Origin: an uncultured Candidatus Bathyarchaeia archaeon
Lineage (GTDB): Archaea > Thermoproteota > Bathyarchaeia > Bathyarchaeales > Bathyarchaeaceae
Direction: 5' to 3'
DNA length: 64,000 nt
Assembly (NCBI GenBank): GCA_964510635.1
Contig: CAZEBS010000004.1
Span: 68,165-132,164 of the forward strand
A program made the translations under genes and the position numbers. Under the pieces are notes generated by a model that saw only the letters and a list, made by a program, of their open reading frames with translations, ran no database searches and was not told the origin of the DNA. Positions 56,692 to 64,000 of this stretch are shown piece by piece. The number at the start of each line of letters is the position of its first letter. The first letter of the stretch is position 1.

Positions 56692-59376
56692 TTATTTCTT
56701 CTTGAAGATGCAGCAGTATAGTCCGATGATCAGCACGACGACAACGAGTATTATGATGACTATGTCGATTGTTTGGTATGCTGGAATCTCTGGGCATGTG
56801 GTATCTGGGTATTGTGGGAGCATGTTGATAGTTCTCTGGGCAGCATCAGCAGCAATCTCTTCAGCAGTTGGAACATATGGGAACTGAGGCATCATGGCAA
56901 TAGTTCTCGAAGCAGATTCAGCAGCAATCTCCTCTGCAGTTGGACCGTTATAGCTTGGAGCTGCCGGTGTAGCGTCTACAACAAATGACTTTGTTGCCCA
57001 TGATGAATAGTAAGAGTTGGAGCCTTGGAACAGCACAGTTACTTGGTACATACCGACAATTTGTGGAGCCCATGCCATACTGAATGCTCCACTACCATCT
57101 GTTGTAACAGTTGTTGAATAATAGTCACCATTAGGATCTTGTATCTTTATGAATACGTCAACACCTTTCACGTCAGCCGGACAAGCAAACTGTTTGTATA
57201 CGTATAACATCCACGCGGTCATTGATTCATCAGACATTGCTGGAACTCCTTTCGGGAAACGTAGTTGTAATGCTGCATCAGTAGTTCCTGGAGAAATGTC
57301 CATTACAGTACCCTCTAATAGAATACTGCTTCCCTGAGAAACAACATTGTTATTGATTGTAACTGTGGTTTCACTTGGACCTTTACCAATAGCATATATG
57401 CGCTCGTCGTATGAGTCAACTGTTGCTATTATGCTGTCTCCAATAATTGCACGACTACCAGCCTCTGTTTGACGGAATAAGCCGTTTGCTCTGAATATTT
57501 CTTCACCGGTTGTGGCATTGAGACAAATGAACGGTGCACCACGTGGTTTAGGATCAATCGGAGAGTGTTCATCATGTCCAACATAGAGTTTTCCGTCAGT
57601 AATGAATAGAACTCGCATTGGCCAGTTATTATTCCACAAGATTTCGTTGTAGGGATCAGATGCTTCGTAAGTCCAAAGAGGTTCACCAGACGTGACATCG
57701 TATGCATACACTATTCCACCTATGGACGCTGAGTAAAGTATGCCATCGGCAGTAGCCACCGATCCACCAGCCCACCATGAGGTGTCGGGTCCTTGAGAGG
57801 CAGCGGTTATTTGATACGCATCTAAGTAGATTTGAGATTCGGTTGGACCCCAGAGTTGATCTCCCGTCTCGATACTGAAGCCCCAGAATTGTCTGATTTC
57901 TTTTGCAGCTAGGATAAAAACACCATCCTCTTCACTTACAGCAGTTATACCCATGGTCAGGTTAGCACTTGGTAATTGCCAGGCTTTATTGAACAGCAAC
58001 TGTCCTTCTTCACCGGGCTTCACACTCAAGCCCCAATAGTGAACAGCGTCAGACGCTAAAGTAATTCCAATTCCCATATCCGAACCGACTAATACGTTTT
58101 CATAAGAAATCACATTGACACTTCCAAAGGCAGCGACAAATCCTGGAGGGCCAGGTAAGTCTGTTGGTATTGTAACATTCCATTCAATGCCTTCTGTAGC
58201 ATCTAATGTTTTCCCGAGAACTTGGCTACCCCAACTACCTACGTCGGGAATAACTCCGCTTGAGTTCCACAGAGTCATCCAGCCAGCAGTTGTGTTTACT
58301 GTATATCTGTAGATTTCGCCGTTGGCTCCGTATATGTTGGTGCCCGGAGGTACGTTCGTCATTGTGTACTCCCATCGTCCTGTAGTAGGGTTATATGCGT
58401 TCCATGTGCTGCCGATAACTGACCACAAGTATGGAAATACAGCATGGTAGTTATACGAGTCATAATAGAACACTTGACCAAACGATAGACGAGCGCTGTT
58501 CCAGTTTCTTGTCCATAACTCTTCGCCAGTATGCAAATCCACAGCGACAACTTCCTGCTCAACGTCAGTGCCTCCTTCGCTTTTGTATTGGTTGTAGTAA
58601 AGGACTCCAGCTATTATTACGGGACCTTGATTTCCTGCGCCATCACCCCAAAGTCCTTCGTATGCATCACCTTCTTCGAATGCGTGAGGACCTCGCTCTC
58701 CTCCGGCAAGTCCACCGATCTGTAGCTGTTTTGTCCACAGTATATGAGCGCTCTCAGGTGCGTAATCATTGAATGGAACAGAAAAAATGGGTCTAGCTGC
58801 TGTCAGCCAGTTTCCTGAGATTGAAGACCAAGATCTAGCTTGTGCATCTATGGGGCGGGTCCAATATTCGTTTGGAAGTGCTATATCTGGATAATAGTCT
58901 ATTTGTATGTCTGTTACAGTTAGTTCCAATTCTTCACTGTCACTGGCTAACATTCTTGTGCCCGGGGGGAGACTAGTAATCAATGCCATAGGTGCGATTT
59001 GTTCGGGGAAGTGTGTCTGTAGAATGTATGTACCGGCTTGAGTTGGCGTGTATGTAGCACCAGTTCCTCCTGTTGCGTCTGTTTTGATAGGACCAAGTGT
59101 GTCTATGTTACCATCGGGCTTTTCAATTGTTACAGTTATATTTTCCCAGCCTAATGCTGTTGATCCAAGGCTGTCTGTTATCCCGACGTGTAATAGCACC
59201 TCTTGACCTACACCTACTGGATTTGGTAGTGCATTAATAAAGGCGTAAGTCTGTTTCCAGGGTTCTGATTGGGCGGTGGTGATGGGGAAAGTCACAAGCA
59301 GAGTGGATATGGTTAGCAGTAGAATTATTGGTATTGCAGATATTTTTAATTTGTTGGTAACTAATTTTTTTGTCAT
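56692..59376 (-). CDS. Large surface protein with PQQ-like beta-propeller repeats, Ig-like flanks and C-terminal TM anchor
   Basis: Signal peptide; A.D..TGE.LW blades; C-terminal PEIPAY + TM + KKK. Confidence 0.85.
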   Translation of the reverse strand: MTKKLVTNKLKISAIPIILLLTISTLLVTFPITTAQSEPWKQTYAFINALPNPVGVGQEVLLHVGITDSLGSTALGWENITVTIEKPDGNIDTLGPIKTDATGGTGATYTPTQAGTYILQTHFPEQIAPMALITSLPPGTRMLASDSEELELTVTDIQIDYYPDIALPNEYWTRPIDAQARSWSSISGNWLTAARPIFSVPFNDYAPESAHILWTKQLQIGGLAGGERGPHAFEEGDAYEGLWGDGAGNQGPVIIAGVLYYNQYKSEGGTDVEQEVVAVDLHTGEELWTRNWNSARLSFGQVFYYDSYNYHAVFPYLWSVIGSTWNAYNPTTGRWEYTMTNVPPGTNIYGANGEIYRYTVNTTAGWMTLWNSSGVIPDVGSWGSQVLGKTLDATEGIEWNVTIPTDLPGPPGFVAAFGSVNVISYENVLVGSDMGIGITLASDAVHYWGLSVKPGEEGQLLFNKAWQLPSANLTMGITAVSEEDGVFILAAKEIRQFWGFSIETGDQLWGPTESQIYLDAYQITAASQGPDTSWWAGGSVATADGILYSASIGGIVYAYDVTSGEPLWTYEASDPYNEILWNNNWPMRVLFITDGKLYVGHDEHSPIDPKPRGAPFICLNATTGEEIFRANGLFRQTEAGSRAIIGDSIIATVDSYDERIYAIGKGPSETTVTINNNVVSQGSSILLEGTVMDISPGTTDAALQLRFPKGVPAMSDESMTAWMLYVYKQFACPADVKGVDVFIKIQDPNGDYYSTTVTTDGSGAFSMAWAPQIVGMYQVTVLFQGSNSYYSSWATKSFVVDATPAAPSYNGPTAEEIAAESASRTIAMMPQFPYVPTAEEIAADAAQRTINMLPQYPDTTCPEIPAYQTIDIVIIILVVVVLIIGLYCCIFKKK
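56806..56943 (-). repeat. Two 72-bp-period intragenic repeats encoding stalk units
   Basis: PTAEEIAAESASRTIAMMPQFP and PTAEEIAADAAQRTINMLPQYP. Confidence 0.8.
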
Positions 59377-59520
59377 TTTCTTCTTTTCCTTAATTTAATC
59401 TGAAACAAACCGTTGTAATCGAGACTTCTTAAGAGAAATTGGTGGGCTGGCTGGACAACCACAAATTCTAAATTTCGAAGAATTAATAGCAATTTAGAGA
59501 TTATTCAAGATGAAAAGAAC

Positions 59521-60309
59521 ATGTATTCACAGCGAAATGAAATTCAAGTTCTGAATGAGTTGGGATTAACTGGTCTACAAGCCAAGCTATACGTGCAACT
59601 TGCCATGACAGGTAGACAAAAAGCAACAGAACTATCAAACTTAACTAATACGGATAAATCCAGCACCTATCAGTCATTAAAACAACTCGAAAAAATAGGT
59701 TTAGTTGCAAAAATATTGGCAAAACCGACACTTTATGAAGCCATACCCATTGAAGAAGGAATCACAGCCCTGTTAGAATACAAGAAAGAGCAATACTATA
59801 AAGTCCATGATAAAGCTGAAAAGTTACTCCGAACAATTCCAAAGAAGAATGTATCACAAAAAAATGAAGCAGAAGAATTCAGGTTACAGAAATTCGTAAA
59901 AGAAACTGCACTAGAAAAAATTGCCCAATCTACAAACGTTGTCCAAAAGAGCTTTGACATCTTGCTTAATGATCATGTATTCCTTGATAGCTTGATTAAT
60001 ATGCCTGAACCCCACATAAAATGCATGAAGCGTGGGATAAAATATCGAGTAATTGTTGAAAAAACAAATTGGAAACCTATTTGGAACTCCCTACAAAAGT
60101 TAATAGCTCAACCAAACTTCCAAATCAGATATATCCTCAACCCACCCCCCATAGTATTTATCATCACGGATGAAATGTATGTCGGTGTTCCTCTCTCTGC
60201 AAATAAGGTACTTGGAGAAGGCATAGATTTACAATTTAGACATCCCGGTTGTAGAGAAGTTTTTCAATTTTACTTTGACAGCTTATGGAATCAAGCGAAT
60301 AAAATATAA
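59521..60309 (+). CDS. TrmB-family transcriptional regulator
   Basis: LGLT..QAKLY..L, HTH, L...GLV....KP..Y.A.P and C-terminal FDSLW. Confidence 0.88.
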   Translation: MYSQRNEIQVLNELGLTGLQAKLYVQLAMTGRQKATELSNLTNTDKSSTYQSLKQLEKIGLVAKILAKPTLYEAIPIEEGITALLEYKKEQYYKVHDKAEKLLRTIPKKNVSQKNEAEEFRLQKFVKETALEKIAQSTNVVQKSFDILLNDHVFLDSLINMPEPHIKCMKRGIKYRVIVEKTNWKPIWNSLQKLIAQPNFQIRYILNPPPIVFIITDEMYVGVPLSANKVLGEGIDLQFRHPGCREVFQFYFDSLWNQANKI

Positions 60310-60443
60310 ACCAAATACAACTCCCGGAAGAACGTGAACAACAAGTTTTCAATTTTAGCTAAAGCCTTCCGAAGCAACGGGCACCTTTGAAGATTTAAAT
60401 TTTAAAGAGGTAACTAACAATGAAAAGGTAGCGAGGTTGTTTC

Positions 60444-61385
60444 ATGTTCACAATCATTGTTGTTCTGTTGGCGGCGGTAGTTTTTGGGGTTATAGCGGTT
60501 TGTTATTTTCTTTCAAGAACACTCATCTATTTGGATAGGCAACCGGTGCCAAAAACTCCAAAAGACTATGGTATGGATTTTCAGCACATTGAATTTGAGG
60601 CAGCGGACGGGGTTAACATAAAAGGTTGGCTGATACCCGCCAAATCAAACAAGTTAATCGTCATTACTCATGTTGGAGGATTAACAAAGTATGGCTCCAC
60701 TAAAGAGTTCAGCAGCTTTTCAAAACTTTACAATGAAGAAATCGAGTTTCTGAAAGTAGCCAGACACCTGCACAATGAAGACTACGGAGTTTTGATGTTT
60801 GACTTCCGTAACCACGGCGAAAGCGACCCCAGCCCGAATGGCGGCAAAGCAGGAATAGGTTTGGAAGAGTACCAGGATGTTGTAGCGGCGATGGACTACA
60901 TTCAAAGCAACGAAGACTTGAAGGAAAAGGACGTTGGGTTCGTCAGTTTTTGTATGGGAGCAAACTCCACAATCGTTGCAATGAGCAAACAGCCAGACAA
61001 ATTTGGGAACGTTAAATGTTTAGTTGCTGTTCAGCCTATTTCCATGGAAGTTTTTGCGCGCACCTATCTGCGAAGACGGTTAACCAGTTTTGGAGCCGCA
61101 CTGCTGTTTCCGTTGATTAAACTGTTTGTAAACTTGCAAAGCAAATACCGCCTACAGGATATGTCTCCAGCCAAGTTTGTCAAGGACCTGAAAGTGCCTA
61201 CATTGTATGTTCAGACCAGAAATGATCCGTGGACTGAATTAAGCGACATATGTGGCTTCTATGAAAATACGCCCACAGAAAAGGAATTCTTTTGGATTGA
61301 AGAGCTGACCCACAGATTCCAGGGCTACCAATATTTTGGGGAACACCCCGAAAAGATGCTAGAGTGGCTCAAAAAATGGCTGTAA
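60444..61385 (+). CDS. Membrane-anchored alpha/beta hydrolase with Cys nucleophile elbow
   Basis: N-terminal TM; DGV.I.GW, FDFRNHGES, SFCMGA, DPW and late His. Confidence 0.8.
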   Translation: MFTIIVVLLAAVVFGVIAVCYFLSRTLIYLDRQPVPKTPKDYGMDFQHIEFEAADGVNIKGWLIPAKSNKLIVITHVGGLTKYGSTKEFSSFSKLYNEEIEFLKVARHLHNEDYGVLMFDFRNHGESDPSPNGGKAGIGLEEYQDVVAAMDYIQSNEDLKEKDVGFVSFCMGANSTIVAMSKQPDKFGNVKCLVAVQPISMEVFARTYLRRRLTSFGAALLFPLIKLFVNLQSKYRLQDMSPAKFVKDLKVPTLYVQTRNDPWTELSDICGFYENTPTEKEFFWIEELTHRFQGYQYFGEHPEKMLEWLKKWL

Positions 61386-61397
61386 ACAGGAACGCTT

Positions 61398-61793
61398 TCA
61401 GATAATCTTGTATTTCATGGGGTTTCCTTGTCGGTCAAATGCTGCAATGTTACTTTCTGACAGGTAGGGGTATGCTGTTATGACCATTATTCTGCCATAG
61501 AACTTGTTCAGGTCTGTAACTGAGGGACGTAGGGCGCCTGATGGGTGGGAGTGAGCAACGCCCATGACTGAGAAATCGATGGGAAGCCTATGTAGGGGAA
61601 AGGCGGAGAAGGTGTTCCCGTGGGTTGCGAAGGGAGGAAGCTGTGTGTCGTTGATTACCAGTTTGTGTTTGTCAGCTTTGCCTCTCAAAAGAAGAATCGA
61701 TTCTCGGGGATGAAGCATCTGGGCATAACTTAAGATGCTGTCCACAACCGCTCGCTCAAAGAGAAGTTCTTTATCCAAACCAGACCCGTCCAA
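61398..61793 (-). CDS. JAB/MPN (JAMM) metalloprotease-domain protein
   Basis: HPRES..LL.G and HSHPSG..RPS.TD motifs. Confidence 0.9.
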   Translation of the reverse strand: MDGSGLDKELLFERAVVDSILSYAQMLHPRESILLLRGKADKHKLVINDTQLPPFATHGNTFSAFPLHRLPIDFSVMGVAHSHPSGALRPSVTDLNKFYGRIMVITAYPYLSESNIAAFDRQGNPMKYKII

Positions 61794-61807
61794 TCAAGCA
61801 ATAGATT

Positions 61808-62158
61808 TCATGTTTTGTGTGCTGTTGTTTGTTTGTAGGCTTCTATAAAGTTCTTCGCAAATTTGTCTGCATACTTTTCGATGCCTCCTTGGGCGTCTGT
61901 CTCTTTTCTGAGGTGATGATAGAACTCATGAAGAATCAAATGGGGGTTCCAGAGAAGCTCCCTTTGGGCAACATGAATGGTTCTGTTTTTTGCCACGTAA
62001 CAGGCAGGATTCTTTGAGTACCGCTTTGGCATGCCAACCCTGAGTTTCGGTTCTGCAATGTCATAGTGGTGGCTCAGTAGTTCAAGAGCTTCTTCAGTGT
62101 CTTTTGAGAGAATAAGATAGACAATTTTTGCTTTAAACAGAGTGTCAATGGTTGACAT
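61808..62158 (-). CDS. Small HExxH putative metallopeptidase
   Basis: ILHEFYHHL and downstream E..AD.FA. Confidence 0.65.
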   Translation of the reverse strand: MSTIDTLFKAKIVYLILSKDTEEALELLSHHYDIAEPKLRVGMPKRYSKNPACYVAKNRTIHVAQRELLWNPHLILHEFYHHLRKETDAQGGIEKYADKFAKNFIEAYKQTTAHKT

Positions 62159-62266
62159 GTGTGATGAAACAATATTCTTGACTGGTTTTTACTGTTTTGT
62201 GTTTCCCACCCATATTGGCTGGATAATCCATCCATATATTTATATAGCACTAAAACAACACAAGTA

Positions 62267-62378
62267 GTGTCCTGTGTTGCGGCAGGCCATAGTAGGTGTG
62301 AGTTGGCGTGAACACAACCACCGAATTGGGCTAAATCATCCGGATAAGTGGTTGAACACTCACGCCACTCCAACTTCT
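62267..62378 (+). ncRNA. Candidate structured small RNA A
   Basis: TTTATATA at 62239-62246, then nested stems TGGCGTGA/TCACGCCA and CAACCAC/GTGGTTG. Confidence 0.35.
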
Positions 62379-62465
62379 CAAAACAACAAACTGGCAGTCC
62401 AGATTTTTTCTGTGCTCAAGCACCGTAATTTTCGTTTGTACATGGCTGTATTGATGGAGAAGAGT

Positions 62466-62551
62466 GAAAGAGAAAGCAGTACCCCAACTAAAATAAAACT
62501 GAGCCATCAGGGGGAGATAAAGCTAGTTTCAAGTTGGGGTACTACCTCTCC
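62466..62551 (-). ncRNA. Candidate structured small RNA B
   Basis: Minus-strand TTTATAA at 62570-62576; perfect 12-bp stem 62478-62489/62532-62543 extended by G-U pairs on the minus strand; pyrimidine tail. Confidence 0.4.
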
Positions 62552-62619
62552 AAAAAGAACAAATGAGGGTTATAAATTTTGCTAAAATCCAGATTAGATA
62601 GGTAGTACTAAGTTTGAAA

Positions 62620-63180
62620 TCATTTTTCAAGAGGTGGGCGGGTCTTGTCTGTTTTTATGTCTTCTGCCAAATACTTGAAAGAAAAGGGTTTAGCGATGCC
62701 TCCTACAAGGTCAACAAGGACGAATTGTACTTCAGCCATCATAGTTCCCCACTTTTTCTTGCTATCTCTAAGAAATTCTTGGTATGCCATGTAATCTTTG
62801 TGCAATGATATGTTTACAGCATTTATCCCCATGCCTTCAGCTTTTGCATCAAATATTATGCAAGGACTACTTTCTGCCCAATCTTTTGCCCGTCTTTTGA
62901 GCTTCATTACGTCTTTCATGTTGAAGTTGTAAACCTCGTTCGTATTGAATTTAACAAAAGAAAGTGCCATAATTTCGTAGCCCATTTTAACGAGGTCTGG
63001 AATTGCAGAAAATTGCATCACCAGCCCTTCTTCCAATAGTTTTTTCTTCATCTTAGATACAGTTGGTTGCGAAACGCCCAGAGCCTTAGCTATTTCCTTA
63101 TCGCTTCTATTAGAATTCTTCAAATACTCTTGAAGAAGAGCCATCAGTTTAGCTTTCTTTTCATCTGAACGTTTCCCCAT
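62620..63180 (-). CDS. Lrp/AsnC-type winged-helix regulator
   Basis: NSNRSDKEIAK.LGVSQPTVS HTH and IPD..K.GYE. Probable ATG 63180 (ORF opens at 63210). Confidence 0.85.
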   Translation of the reverse strand: MGKRSDEKKAKLMALLQEYLKNSNRSDKEIAKALGVSQPTVSKMKKKLLEEGLVMQFSAIPDLVKMGYEIMALSFVKFNTNEVYNFNMKDVMKLKRRAKDWAESSPCIIFDAKAEGMGINAVNISLHKDYMAYQEFLRDSKKKWGTMMAEVQFVLVDLVGGIAKPFSFKYLAEDIKTDKTRPPLEK

Positions 63181-63210
63181 CAATATCTCATCCCAAACAA
63201 TTAGAATCAA

Positions 63211-63240
63211 GTTAGTTACAGTAAGTTACACAAAGTTACA
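63211..63240. repeat. Three AGTTACA direct repeats at 10-bp pitch
   Basis: gttAGTTACA gtaAGTTACA caaAGTTACA. Confidence 0.75.
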
Positions 63241-63450
63241 TTATTAGTTTTTGTTCTGTACCCGAACAATAATTCCGTCCAGATACTTAAAATGTTGTAC
63301 AATGACGGTTGAAATGACATAACATAAAGTTGAAACTATAAACAGAATCATTCTTTTATCGTTCAATAACATGGACAATAACCAGCTTTTGGTCCCATCT
63401 TCCAGACGCAATAAAATTATCTGCAACCTGAAAAGAAATGAAATGGGGGA

Positions 63451-63660
63451 ATGATGTTGGATAACAAGCTGAGAAGTCTTGTCAAAAGCATAACTTACAG
63501 GATCATAGCCTTCATAGTTTTGATAGTAATAACATGGTATGCCACAAACAATTTGGTTCAAACAACCTTCATTTCAGTTACGTTCCAGACCATCCAACTG
63601 GTCATATACTACCTCCATGAACGATTATGGGAAAAGATCGGCTGGGGCAAAGCATGCTGA
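63451..63660 (+). CDS. DUF2061 small membrane protein
   Basis: RSLVKSITYR and YYLHERLW.KI.WG motifs. Confidence 0.88.
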   Translation: MMLDNKLRSLVKSITYRIIAFIVLIVITWYATNNLVQTTFISVTFQTIQLVIYYLHERLWEKIGWGKAC

Positions 63661-63717
63661 ACTGCAGCATTTAGCCTACAGCCTAAAGGATTGATGAATC
63701 TACGGAAGTATGCAACT

Positions 63718-63924
63718 TCACTCTTTGTCTACTGTGACCACAACTTTCACGGATTTTGCTAAACGGAGATAACCGTCTGGCGGCCTATGGATTGCCACCC
63801 CTTTCACTTTATAACGAATGCCATTCTTCATAGTCACAACAGTACCTGCTGGCGGAATGAAATCGGTCTTTTCCCAAGTTTCTATCAGAGCACCACCTTC
63901 CATAAATCGCACCTCAAAAACCAA
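63718..63924 (-). CDS. Small hypothetical protein
   Basis: 68-aa ORF with GGGGTGA upstream; no recognised family. Confidence 0.5.
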   Translation of the reverse strand: MVFEVRFMEGGALIETWEKTDFIPPAGTVVTMKNGIRYKVKGVAIHRPPDGYLRLAKSVKVVVTVDKE

Positions 63925-64000
63925 TTCTTTTTTTCACCCCAAACTAACTGACTGAATATAACAGATACCTTCAGGTTATACTAAAGATTTAAGGAAAACT

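Noticed and set aside
32008-62334. AATTGGG(G)CTAA words near 32008, 54630 and 62324
   Set aside because: Short, variable G-run and no shared flanks; compatible with chance.
62231-62580. SRP RNA, RNase P RNA or H/ACA guide
   Set aside because: No SRP domain IV or GAGGAAAGUCC motif, and no clear K-turn, pocket and ACA arrangement.
62274-62585. 103-aa plus-strand ORF (and the 99-aa minus ORF 62074-62373)
   Set aside because: No protein-like motifs; the region is better explained by promoters and inverted repeats.
63244-63561. 105-aa minus-strand ORF
   Set aside because: Overlaps the well-supported DUF2061 gene antisense and has no recognisable features.

Overview
Gene-dense archaeal chromosomal window, most likely Bathyarchaeia or another TACK archaeon. 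That placement is inference from a TFE-beta, a single-OB SSB, an archaeal MAT, KEOPS genes, an Ftr-family protein and TrmB/beta-propeller accessory genes. Contents: (1) a two-operon purine cluster (purMSLQ on +, purF-purD on -) with no purN/purT, in which a HAD hydrolase, an Ftr-like formyltransferase and a PfkB kinase sit in the same operon directly after purD; (2) mat and a bacterial-type pfkA; (3) a surface protein/glycosyltransferase/archaeosortase locus; (4) housekeeping genes (proteasome beta, rlmE, TFE-beta, kae1-bud32-rdgB-rps15-DHH-pcc1, uppS, ychF, trxB, pyrG), with a Kelch+PIN insertion in the KEOPS cluster; (5) an lsrF-dehydrogenase-class II aldolase operon; (6) tRNA-Gln(UUG), TRAM and SSB; (7) a DUF35-HMG-CoA synthase fusion next to a thiolase-fold protein lacking the usual catalytic residues; (8) an accessory region at the right end. 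Top candidates for new biology: the HAD/Ftr/PfkB (EhaR/S/T-like) trio as a possible alternative GAR-formylation route, a 4-copy oriented ~55-bp double-palindrome element, a 2-copy tandem GTCAA-N6-TTGAC promoter element, and two convergent promoter-plus-hairpin ncRNA candidates. All family calls come from motif recognition by eye; no searches were run.
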